DNA of 64,000 nucleotides from Planctomycetota bacterium (GTDB lineage Bacteria; Planctomycetota; Phycisphaerae; Phycisphaerales; SM1A02): positions 176,195 through 240,194 of the forward strand of contig JADFIR010000001.1 of NCBI GenBank assembly GCA_022566535.1, in the 5' to 3' direction. The first letter of the stretch is position 1. Every line of letters starts with the position of its first letter. The translations under genes were made by a program, and so were the position numbers. Shown piece after piece: positions 27,887 to 36,486 of this stretch. The notes under the pieces were generated by a model. The model was not told the DNA's origin. It made no database searches and was given only the letters and a program-made list of their open reading frames with translations.

Positions 27887-29170
27887 TTATGAGAGGATCG
27901 TCGTAAGGTTCACGCTGAGCACATCGTCGTTGGCGCGGATCGCGTTGAGGTGGTCGGCGGACGGCGCGTCGTCGAGCTGAATCCGCGCACAGGCGGCCTT
28001 CGCGCCGAAGTAGATGATGTTCTCCATCTCCTCGACGTTGATCCCGGCTTGGCCGAGCGTGTAGAAGACGTGGGCCAAGACGCCGGGGCGGTTGAGATGG
28101 CGGACGATGAGCAGGTTGGTCGCGGTGGTTGACGTCGCGCGGTTCACGCAATGAGGCACCTGCCCGGTGTTCTGGTAGCGCTCGATGATGCGGACCACCT
28201 CGGCCGCGACGGCCTGCTGAGCCTGCTCGGTCGAGGCGCCGATGTGATGCGTGCCGTAGACGCCGGGCTCCTGGACGATCGGGTCGGTGAATGTGCCCGT
28301 GGTGCTGCTTGGCTCGGTGGCGTAGACATCCAAGCCGACGCGAATCGCCTTGCTGCGAATCGCGTTGGTTAGGGCCTTGTCATCCACGACACTCCCGCGA
28401 CTCGTATTGATCAGGTAGGCCCCGTCCTTGAGCGCAGCGCAGAACTTCGAGCCGATGAGCCCGGCTGTTTCGTCCGTCGCGGCAATGTTGATGGAGATTA
28501 CGTCGGCGAGCTTGGCGAGGTTGATCAGGTTCGAGCAATGGCCGACGCCTAGCTCGTCCGCCTGTTCTTGCGTGAGGCTGCGCGACCAGGCGATGACCTT
28601 CATGCCGAAAGCCTTGCCGCGCTGGGCGACTTCCCGTCCGATGCGACCGAGCCCGACTACGCCGAGCGTTCGCCCGTACAACCCTGGGGCCTTGGCGTAT
28701 TCCTTTTTGTTCCACGTGCCGCGCCGCAGGTCGGCGGTCTGATCGGGCAGGCGACGGTCGCAGGTGAGGATCAATGCCCAGACCAGCTCAGCCACGGCGA
28801 TGGAGTTCTTGCCGGGACAGTTGGCGACAAAGACCCCGCGCGCGGAGGCGGCCGTGACGTCGATCGTGTCGTAGCCGGCGCCGGCTCGTATCACCAGGCT
28901 CAGCTTGCTCGGAGCCTGGAATACTGCCTCGCCCACCTTCGTCGAACGCACGATCAGCACGTCGGGGTCGTGATCACCAATCGCCGCGGGTAGGTCGTCG
29001 GCGGTGAGGTTCGCCTCGAACGTGACCGTGCAGCCGAGCCGGTTGAGCCCGTCGAGGCCGGCCTGTTCAAACTTGTCGGCGATGAGCACGTTCAGGGCGG
29101 TGTCCGATGGCGGCGTCGCGGCGCCGGCAGCGCCCAGGGCGGTTGATGGCGAGCCTGTGGGCATGCCCAT
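27887..29170 (-). CDS. serA: D-3-phosphoglycerate dehydrogenase with C-terminal ACT domain
   Basis: GLGRIGREVAQRGKAFGMKVIAW NAD-binding motif. C-terminal ACT-like LLIVRHLNRPGVLAHVFYTLGQAGINVEEM. Confidence 0.9.
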   Translation of the reverse strand: MGMPTGSPSTALGAAGAATPPSDTALNVLIADKFEQAGLDGLNRLGCTVTFEANLTADDLPAAIGDHDPDVLIVRSTKVGEAVFQAPSKLSLVIRAGAGYDTIDVTAASARGVFVANCPGKNSIAVAELVWALILTCDRRLPDQTADLRRGTWNKKEYAKAPGLYGRTLGVVGLGRIGREVAQRGKAFGMKVIAWSRSLTQEQADELGVGHCSNLINLAKLADVISINIAATDETAGLIGSKFCAALKDGAYLINTSRGSVVDDKALTNAIRSKAIRVGLDVYATEPSSTTGTFTDPIVQEPGVYGTHHIGASTEQAQQAVAAEVVRIIERYQNTGQVPHCVNRATSTTATNLLIVRHLNRPGVLAHVFYTLGQAGINVEEMENIIYFGAKAACARIQLDDAPSADHLNAIRANDDVLSVNLTTILS

Positions 29171-29220
29171 AGTGTACCGCGCACCAGACCCATCAGCGAG
29201 CTGCCGCGATCGGCGGCTCG

Positions 29221-30459
29221 CTAATCGAACGTATGGACGAACAGCCCGCTGCGCAGCTTGGGCTCAAACCAGGTGGATTTCGGCGGCATGACCAGGGCGG
29301 CGTCGGCTACGCGCAGGAGTTGTTCAATGGAGGTTGGATAGAGTGAGAATGCGATCACAGCCTGACCGGCGTCGACGCGGCGTTGGAGTTCATCGATGCC
29401 ATGACTGCCACCGACAAAGTCGATTCGAGGATCGAGGCGGGCGTCGCCAATGCCCAAAATCGGCTCCAGCACTCGTTCCTGAAGCAGCGCGATGTCCAGT
29501 GACTTGACGGGATCAGCATGGTCGATCGTTGCCGCATCAAGCGCAAGCCGATGCCAGCTCCCGCGCAGGTAGATGCCAAACTCACCCGGCCGCTGCGGTT
29601 GCGGTTGATCGGTGCTGGTGAGCGTGCCGAGAGCCCCAAGCCGCTCAAGCACGTGCTCGGCGGTTTGCCCTGCCAGGTCCGCGACGAGTCGGTGGTATGG
29701 CAGGATGGTCAGTTCGCTTGCGGGAAACAGAGCCGCAAGGAACCAGTTGTATTCTTCATCGCCGTGGTTCGGGTTTGCCGCGCTGCGCTGAATCGCGGCG
29801 CGAGTTGCGCTTGCGGCGCGATGATGCCCGTCGGCAACATAGGCCGCATCGAGGGATGAGAAAAGATCACAATACGGAGACGGATCATTGACCGTCCACA
29901 CCGTATGCGTCACCTCGGTTCCATTGGCCTCGGCAGCGTTGAAGTGAAACAACGGCCGAGCATTGACATCCTGTTGAAAAAGCGAATCGATGTCGGGCTG
30001 GTCGCGATAGGTCAGCGACACTACGCCGGTGTGAGCGCCGACCGCCAGCACGTGGCGGGTTCGATCGTCTTCGGTGTCGGGCCGGGTCTTCTCGTGCTTC
30101 TTGATGACATTGCGCGCATAGTCATCGGTATGGCAGCAGCAGACGAGGCCGGTCTGGCGGCGACCGTTCATCACCAGGCGGTACAGGTACATCTTCGGCT
30201 CGTCCTCGCGGACCAGAACGCCGTCTGTGATCAGGCGCTGAAGGTTCTCGCCGGCCTTGGTGTACACCGCATCGTCGTGTGGATCGATGCCGGCCGGGAG
30301 GTCGATCTCCGATCGAACCACGTGCAGGAAACTACGGGGATTGTCAGCCGCGAGCCGCCTGGCCTGTTCGGTGCTCACTACGTCATAAGGCGACGATGCC
30401 ACTTGGGCGGCGATGTTCGCCAAGGGGCGGATCGCGGGAAAGGGACGAATACGGACCAT
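29221..30459 (-). CDS. DUF1015 family protein
   Basis: N-terminus MVRIRPFPAIRP...SSPYDVV is typical of DUF1015. Known neighbour of serA/serC. The ORF opens at 30477. Confidence 0.8.
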   Translation of the reverse strand: MVRIRPFPAIRPLANIAAQVASSPYDVVSTEQARRLAADNPRSFLHVVRSEIDLPAGIDPHDDAVYTKAGENLQRLITDGVLVREDEPKMYLYRLVMNGRRQTGLVCCCHTDDYARNVIKKHEKTRPDTEDDRTRHVLAVGAHTGVVSLTYRDQPDIDSLFQQDVNARPLFHFNAAEANGTEVTHTVWTVNDPSPYCDLFSSLDAAYVADGHHRAASATRAAIQRSAANPNHGDEEYNWFLAALFPASELTILPYHRLVADLAGQTAEHVLERLGALGTLTSTDQPQPQRPGEFGIYLRGSWHRLALDAATIDHADPVKSLDIALLQERVLEPILGIGDARLDPRIDFVGGSHGIDELQRRVDAGQAVIAFSLYPTSIEQLLRVADAALVMPPKSTWFEPKLRSGLFVHTFD

Positions 30460-30648
30460 CGGGGCAATCGCCTCCAAATCAGAGCCGGCGCTGGGGAACC
30501 GGGCCAGTGTACCGCCCCCAGGTACGCCGGGAATCCGCGGTTACGGCCCCAAGCCGGCCAATGCTCGACGTTGGACCTGAAGGCCGGGTGCGATTTGTCC
30601 GAAGACAGACGGAGCCGGCGGCATCGGCCGGCGGCCTGGAGGCAGCTC

Positions 30649-30999
30649 GTGGGCGGCCCTTGCGAGACATCCGACTCGACCTGCGATACCGACCCCGGCG
30701 CGCCGGCGCCGCTGCGCTTCGAGCGGCGGGAGCACGATCGCTGGGTCGCCTCAGGCGTGGCCCGCGCCTCGCGCGTGGCCGGGGAGCGCTTCGGCGAGAT
30801 GTACACCCTGAAGATGCTCGACTATTCGCCCCTTGGCTTGGGCGCCGCTTGTGCCCAGCCGATCGAGCCCGGGGCGATCGTGACCATCGGCTTTCAAGAG
30901 CCCGGGTGCATCGCCCAGCGCGGCGTGGTGGTACGGTGTCTGCCGTGCGGCGACGGGTATCGCCTCGCCATCCGTTTCGACGCCATCCTGGCCGCGTAA
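30649..30999 (+). CDS. PilZ domain protein (c-di-GMP receptor type)
   Basis: RxxxR (FERREHDRW) and D/NxSxxG (LDYSPLGLG) motifs at the 3' end of ORF 29905..30999. The start guess is an in-frame GTG at 30649 and is uncertain. Confidence 0.65.
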   Translation: MGGPCETSDSTCDTDPGAPAPLRFERREHDRWVASGVARASRVAGERFGEMYTLKMLDYSPLGLGAACAQPIEPGAIVTIGFQEPGCIAQRGVVVRCLPCGDGYRLAIRFDAILAA

Positions 31000-31035
31000 C
31001 GGCGAATCCCGGGCGCCGAATCCTCACGTAATTCA

Positions 31036-31063
31036 GTTGCAACCGGCAACCGCTACGCTATAG
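31036..31063 (+). promoter_or_regulatory. sigma70-like promoter candidate TTGCAA-16 nt-TATAGT
   Basis: Read directly, about 258 nt upstream of the repeat-protein ATG. Consensus use in this lineage is unverified. Confidence 0.3.
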
Positions 31064-31320
31064 TGTTGGTAGCGGCCGAGCGGGCCTCGCGCTTTGGGGC
31101 CGGGCTCGTCAACGTTTCGGCAGGTCGTGGCCGTCATTTCTTTGGGCCTGCCTGTTCACCGGTGCGCGGCACGGAGTTCACCCGGTCCTCGCGCAAACAA
31201 TGTCTGCCCAATAAGCCGGCGGTTCGCAACGAGCGATGCGCGGCTGGAAATGTTTGCTTCGACGCCTGGCGACTCGGCTGCCCCATCGCGGCGTGCACCT
31301 CGCCGCAGAAAGGGTTTGTC

Positions 31321-33864
31321 ATGAATAGACATCCACGACTTGAAGCAGTTCTGTTAGCGTCCGTCGCCGCGATGGGCGCACGCGCGGTGTCCGCCCAGCC
31401 GTGTGAACCGTACTGGTCGGATGAGTTTCCTTCGGCTGACCTGGACTGGGCCGTGTTCGCCATGACCGTTCTTGACGACGGTTCCGGCGACGGAGCAGCC
31501 CTCTACATCGGGGGTTGGTTCACCACCGGCGGCGACGTGACGCTCAATCGCATCGCCAGGTTGGACGGCAACGCGTGGTCGCCGTTGGGCGCCGGGATGG
31601 ACGGCAACGTATGGGCGCTTGCGGGCTTTGACAACGGTTTCGGTGAGGGACCAGCCTTGTACGCCGGGGGCTTGTTTACCGAAGCCGGCGGCGTCAGCGC
31701 GAACAACATCGCCAAGTGGGATGGTGCGTCGTGGTCGCCCCTGGGTGGCGGGATTGACAGCATTGCCGGCGTGCGGGCCCTGGCCGTTTTCGATGACGGT
31801 TCAGGGGAAGGACCGGCCCTGTACGCCGGAGGTTACTTCGAGGAAGCCGGAGGGATCAGCGCGAACAACATCGCCAAGTGGGATGGAACATCTTGGTCTC
31901 CTCTTGGGGCAGGGATCGATGGGGTGGTGGACGCTCTGGCCGTGTTTGACGACAGTTCTGGGGGCGGACCGGCCCTGTACGCCGCGGGCTTCTTCACCAC
32001 CGCTGGAGGCCTGACGGTCAATCGCATCGCCAAGTGGGATGGCAAGTCTTGGTCGCCGCTGGGCGAGGGAATGGACGGTGCGGTCCACGCGCTGGCCGTC
32101 TTCGATGACGGCTCCGGCGCGGGGCCAGCCCTCTATGCCGCGGGCGGTTTCGAGACCGCGGGCGGTGTGATCGCCAATCGCATCGCCGAATGGGACGGAT
32201 CAACGTGGTCACCGCTGAGTAGCGGGACGGACGGCATTGTACTTGCCCTGTCCGTGTTCGATGAGGGATCTGGGGATGGTCCGGCCCTGTATGCCAGCGG
32301 CGGCTTCGAGAACGCGGGCGGTGTGACCGCGAAACGCATCGCCAAATGGGACGGATTGTCGTGGTCGCCGTTGGGCTATGGGATGTATAGCGGCGTGTGG
32401 GCCTTGGCCGCGTTCGATGACCGTTCCGGTCATGGCCCGGCCCTGTACGCCGGCGGCTTCTTCACCCAGGGGGGTGGCGATCCTGATGCGAGGTATGTCG
32501 CTAAGTGGAACGGGACGACGTGGTTTGCCGTTGGCAGTAGTGGCCTGACCGGTTCGATCTGCCCTCCCGCTAACTTCTACGTAACCTGCCAGGTACTAAG
32601 CGTGTTCGACGACGGTTCCGGGCCCGGCCCGGCACTGTATGCGGGGGGTATCTTCTGCGCCGCTGGGGGAGTCAACGTGAAGCATATCGCCCGATGGGAT
32701 GGCCAAATATGGTCACCTCTCGGCAGTGGGGTCGACGGCGCCGATGTCGTTGTCTACGCCTTGGATGTATTCGACGACGGCCAGGGTAGCGCGCCGGCCC
32801 TCTACGCCGGGGGCTGGTTCTACGAAGCAGGCGAGGTCAGCGCAAACAGCATCGCGAGGTGGGACGGGAAGTCGTGGTCGGCTCTTGCAACCGGCCTCGA
32901 TGGTTGGGTTTTCGCGCTGGCGGTCTTTGACGACGGGTCCGGTCCAGCGCTGTATGCCGGCGGCTACTTCACCTCTGCTGGCGGTGTGGAGGTCAACCAT
33001 ATCGCGAAGTGGGACGGCAAGACCTGGTCGCCAGTGGGCACCGGAGTCAGCAACGATCCCGGCTCAGCCGTGTGGAATCTAGCAGTGTGGGCCCTCGCCG
33101 TCTTCGACGATGGCTCCGGCAATGGGCCGGCGCTCTACGCCGCAGCTCGCTTCCCGATTGCCGGCGGCGTCATCGCCAAGTGGGACGGGTCAAGCTGGTC
33201 GGCCCTCGGCCGGGGAATCCCTGGGGAAGGCGACTTGCTCGTGCGTGCGCTCACCGTGTACGACGACGGGACGGGTCCAGCTTTGTATGCAGGTGGGCGT
33301 TTTACCTCGGCTGGCGGTGTCCGCGCCAACGGCGTCGCCAAATGGGACGGTGGGTCGTGGTCGGCGCTCGGCAGCGGGATCGACGTGAGCGGCCGTAACG
33401 GTGTCTTTGCCCTGGCCGCGTATGACGACGGCAGCGGCCCAGCGTTGTACGCCGCGGGTTTATTCACCACGGCCGGGGAGGCGAGTGTGAACAGCATCGC
33501 GCGCTGGGACGGCACGTCTTGGGCAACGCTGGGCGAAGGCGTGGGCGGGTACGAGCCGACAGTATGGGCTCTCACGGTCTTTGATGACAAGTCTGGCAGC
33601 GGCCCAGGTCTGTTCGCGGGCGGAGAGTTCACCTCTGCGGGCGGTATGTCGTCGCAGCGGATTGCCAAGTGGGTCGGTTGTGCGGGCGCGGTGGTCGGGG
33701 ATCTCGACGGCGACGGCACGGTCGGCATCACCGATCTTCTGATCCTGCTCGGCAGTTGGGGCGCATGCGCCGATTGTGAGAATTGCCCTGCCGACCTCGA
33801 TGGCGATTGCACTGTCGGCATCCTGGACTTGCTTACGTTGCTGGCGAATTGGTCGCCGCGGTAG
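31321..33864 (+). CDS. secreted repeat protein (13 copies of an approx 58-aa unit) with C-terminal dockerin/EF-hand-like pair
   Basis: Signal peptide MNRHPRLEAVLLASVAAMGARAVSAQP. Repeats of the form AKWDGxSWSPLGxGxDGxVxALAVFDDGSGxGPALYAGGxFTxAGGVxAN. C-terminus GDLDGDGTVGITDLLILLGSWG ... ADLDGDCTVGILDLLTLLANWS. Confidence 0.85.
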   Translation: MNRHPRLEAVLLASVAAMGARAVSAQPCEPYWSDEFPSADLDWAVFAMTVLDDGSGDGAALYIGGWFTTGGDVTLNRIARLDGNAWSPLGAGMDGNVWALAGFDNGFGEGPALYAGGLFTEAGGVSANNIAKWDGASWSPLGGGIDSIAGVRALAVFDDGSGEGPALYAGGYFEEAGGISANNIAKWDGTSWSPLGAGIDGVVDALAVFDDSSGGGPALYAAGFFTTAGGLTVNRIAKWDGKSWSPLGEGMDGAVHALAVFDDGSGAGPALYAAGGFETAGGVIANRIAEWDGSTWSPLSSGTDGIVLALSVFDEGSGDGPALYASGGFENAGGVTAKRIAKWDGLSWSPLGYGMYSGVWALAAFDDRSGHGPALYAGGFFTQGGGDPDARYVAKWNGTTWFAVGSSGLTGSICPPANFYVTCQVLSVFDDGSGPGPALYAGGIFCAAGGVNVKHIARWDGQIWSPLGSGVDGADVVVYALDVFDDGQGSAPALYAGGWFYEAGEVSANSIARWDGKSWSALATGLDGWVFALAVFDDGSGPALYAGGYFTSAGGVEVNHIAKWDGKTWSPVGTGVSNDPGSAVWNLAVWALAVFDDGSGNGPALYAAARFPIAGGVIAKWDGSSWSALGRGIPGEGDLLVRALTVYDDGTGPALYAGGRFTSAGGVRANGVAKWDGGSWSALGSGIDVSGRNGVFALAAYDDGSGPALYAAGLFTTAGEASVNSIARWDGTSWATLGEGVGGYEPTVWALTVFDDKSGSGPGLFAGGEFTSAGGMSSQRIAKWVGCAGAVVGDLDGDGTVGITDLLILLGSWGACADCENCPADLDGDCTVGILDLLTLLANWSPR
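31400..33680 (+). repeat. approx 174-nt coding periodicity (13 protein repeats)
   Basis: W(D/N)G motifs counted 13 times in the translation. Nucleotide identity is local, e.g. GCGAACAACATCGCCAAGTGGGATGG at about 31690 and about 31861. Confidence 0.7.
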
Positions 33865-34438
33865 CAGCGCTTACCGCACCGGCTCGTGTTTCCCGCCGGC
33901 GCATGCGACCAGAGTATGGTGGGACGGCCGTCCCGGCCGTTTACGTCGCACGGGCGGGTCGCCCCTGCCACCAAAGTTCCGGGGGGCGGTTTCAAACTGC
34001 CCCTGACGGGCACGTCCCATACATGACGTGTGGGCATGAGCTGGGCGACGCTGATCTGTTGCCAGCGTGACCCAGGTTTCCAAGTGGTCAACATGTGCCG
34101 CCTGCGCGGCTGCCGCGCCGGAGATCTCGTGGCTCGTGCTGCACGTGTCGTTGACATGAGTCGATACAAATCGTGAACCTGATGATGTCGGTGGATGGTG
34201 GTTGGCCCTGAGCGTCCGGCACGCTGCGGGAGGGGACAGCGGGCCCGCTTGGGTTCGGACGCCGACACGGGCATCGCTGGCATGGCCGAAGGGTCACGCC
34301 GACGTTTCGCATGGCTGGGCCCATCGTGGGCTCGGCCGAGGATTGAAAGATTGGGGAGCGGCCGGCGATTGACCGCAAGCCGACACCCCCTTTTTCGACT
34401 TTTTGGTTCTTCGCTTGTCAATTAAGGAGTTTTATCTC

Positions 34439-34906
34439 ATGCGTTCTCGAATCAAGAACCGGATCCGCCGGGCATTCACGCTGATCGAAATTCTGATCGT
34501 CGTGGTGATTCTGGGCATCCTCGCGGCCATCGTGATCCCGCAGTTCACCGATGCGTCGCAGCAAGCCATGGAATCCAGCGTGGTCACCCAGTTGCAGACG
34601 CTGCGCAGCCAGATCGAGCTGCACGACATCCAATGGCCGATGCGGCCGTTTGACCCGATCGTCGACGCTCTGGCGCCGTGGGGCCAGTTGACTACCGGCG
34701 ATTTGGTCTTTGATCCCGACTACGACGGCGAGTACCTCATGAGCCCGCCGATCAACCCGTTGCAGAGCTCCAACACGGTCGCCGCCTTGCCGGGTGCCGG
34801 CGTCGGCTGGACTTGGAACGATGCCAACGGCTGGGGCGTCAACCTCTACGCCGTGGACGAGAATGGCCTTCAGTTCGACATCGATGGCGATGGCATCTTC
34901 GAATAA
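34439..34906 (+). CDS. prepilin-type N-terminal cleavage/methylation domain protein (major pseudopilin/pilin candidate)
   Basis: AAGGAG 9 nt upstream of the ATG. MRSRIKNRIRRA-FTLIEILIVVVILGILAAIVIPQF with Glu at +5. Its own strong terminator lies downstream. Confidence 0.9.
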   Translation: MRSRIKNRIRRAFTLIEILIVVVILGILAAIVIPQFTDASQQAMESSVVTQLQTLRSQIELHDIQWPMRPFDPIVDALAPWGQLTTGDLVFDPDYDGEYLMSPPINPLQSSNTVAALPGAGVGWTWNDANGWGVNLYAVDENGLQFDIDGDGIFE

Positions 34907-34938
34907 GCAGACCGCCCGAGTTTAGACGACTCTCAGAC

Positions 34939-34969
34939 GCCGGCGCGGGAACGCGCCGGCTTTCTTTTT
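34939..34969 (+). terminator. rho-independent terminator
   Basis: GCCGGCGCG-ggaa-CGCGCCGGC followed by TTTCTTTTT, 33 nt after the pseudopilin stop. Confidence 0.75.
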
Positions 34970-35071
34970 GGGTGGAAGCGGGAAGGTGATAGACCCGTAG
35001 TGATGGGCCAAGAGGTGATGGCTCGCAGGTGGGAGGGTCAGGGGTCCGCGTGAGTCGGCGGCGCGCTTGCT

Positions 35072-35755
35072 GTGGGCTGGGAGGCTGCAATGGGGCTGAG
35101 CACCGTTCATCGCAGACGACAAAGGTGGCGGGGCGGTGGAACGCTGGCCGGGCCGCTGATCACGCTTTCGCTCGTCAGTACGCTAAGCGTCACGGCGGTG
35201 GTTGTTGCACCTCGGTTCCTCGCGGCCGGGAGTGTGCAGCCGCAAGTGCAAGCGGCTCGAGCTGATGCTCATCAGGAACAGATCGATGCGTTAGCGGCCT
35301 TGATCGGGCGCAGCGTGGGGGTGCTGGCCATTCAGCAACGAGGTCCCACGCCCTACCTGGAGATGGTCCTGTGGCTGCAGGACGACGACTCCGAGGGAAT
35401 CCAGGACCAGGTCGATGAAAGCGAACTGGCGGTGCTGAGCCACAGCCAGGTGCTCCGAACCATCACCATCTACCGGCTGGCCGATGGCGAGGAGGCCGTA
35501 GCGGAAGGCCAGTGGGACGCGCGGCAGCCGGCCGGGGCCGCATTCTGCGATCGCTGGCGGGCCGATCCCCGTGTCGGATCGATGGTCCTGATCGCAGGTG
35601 TATCGGACATGTGGGTTGAACCGTTGGAACCGCCGCAGGAGGGGTCTCAGCGGCTGCGCATCGAGCTTACCTGGGCATCGGATTCGGCCGATGGTGCTGA
35701 TGAGGCGTCAGTGCTGGTGGACGCTGTGGTGTCGGCCGCCGGCGATGGGGAGTGA
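35072..35755 (+). CDS. hypothetical protein with one N-terminal hydrophobic segment (possible degenerate minor pseudopilin)
   Basis: 227-aa ORF. GPLITLSLVSTLSVTAVVVAPRF but no G-FTLIE motif. Acidic C-terminus. Ends 4 nt before the next gene. Confidence 0.45.
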   Translation: MGWEAAMGLSTVHRRRQRWRGGGTLAGPLITLSLVSTLSVTAVVVAPRFLAAGSVQPQVQAARADAHQEQIDALAALIGRSVGVLAIQQRGPTPYLEMVLWLQDDDSEGIQDQVDESELAVLSHSQVLRTITIYRLADGEEAVAEGQWDARQPAGAAFCDRWRADPRVGSMVLIAGVSDMWVEPLEPPQEGSQRLRIELTWASDSADGADEASVLVDAVVSAAGDGE

Positions 35756-35758
35756 GTC

Positions 35759-36439
35759 ATGAAGCTGGACGCTGCCGGCAACGCAATGGTCAAGGTCACC
35801 AACTTCGGCGAGATCGAGTTCGGCCGAGGCACATCGCCCTCAAGCGGATCATCGAGGCCCGCCGGTACGCCGCACGTTGGTGCGCGGCACGGAACGGTCG
35901 TGGCGCGCGGCTACACACTCATCGAACTCATCCTCGTGATGGGCATCCTTGCGCTGGCCGCAGCGCTGCTGGTGCCGCACCTCGTGGACCGCGACAGCCT
36001 GGCCGTCCAGTCGGCGGTTCGCTTGATCATCGCCGATCTGAGCTTCGCTCAGTCGGACGCATTGGCGAATCAAGAGTACCGTCGCATCCAGTTCTACGCC
36101 GACGGCCGGGGCTACTGCCTGTATCGCGTCACCGATGCCGACTTCGCGGACCCATTCGATCCGAACCTGGTCGATTACGATTACCTTCTTGATCCACTAC
36201 ACGCGCAGCGGGACTATATCGTTGACTTCACTGAAGGCAGCCGATTCGAGGGCATCAGCATCAGCGCGGTGAATATTGACGGGGGGACGCGGCAGATCAC
36301 CTACGACGCGCTGGGCGGGACGGTCGTGGCGGTGGGTACGCCGGGCACCGGTGGCCAGATCACAGTTTCATCTCCGTCCGGCGACTACCGGATCGACATC
36401 GCGCCGTTTACCGGCAAGTTGACGGTGACCAAGTTGTAG
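35759..36439 (+). CDS. GspH/FimT-like pseudopilin
   Basis: ARG-YTLIELILVMGILALAAALLVPHL prepilin motif with Glu +5. The leader is unusually long (50 aa) from the ATG at 35759 (GGGGAG upstream). The in-frame GTG at 35900 would give the leader MARG. Confidence 0.7.
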   Translation: MKLDAAGNAMVKVTNFGEIEFGRGTSPSSGSSRPAGTPHVGARHGTVVARGYTLIELILVMGILALAAALLVPHLVDRDSLAVQSAVRLIIADLSFAQSDALANQEYRRIQFYADGRGYCLYRVTDADFADPFDPNLVDYDYLLDPLHAQRDYIVDFTEGSRFEGISISAVNIDGGTRQITYDALGGTVVAVGTPGTGGQITVSSPSGDYRIDIAPFTGKLTVTKL

Positions 36440-36486
36440 GCGCAGCGGCCTTCCCATGGTCGCCGCGAGCTGATGAGGATAGATGT

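Noticed and set aside
29905-30648. 5' two-thirds of the 364-aa + strand ORF 29905..30999
   Set aside because: This part is antisense to the DUF1015 gene. Only the 3' end (from about 30649) has a recognisable domain (PilZ), so the long form was not accepted.
33135-34421. 428-aa minus-strand ORF
   Set aside because: It is antisense to the well-supported repeat-protein gene and runs on into the intergenic region. Its Pro/Arg/Ser/Ala-rich composition is typical of shadow frames in high-GC DNA. No motif.
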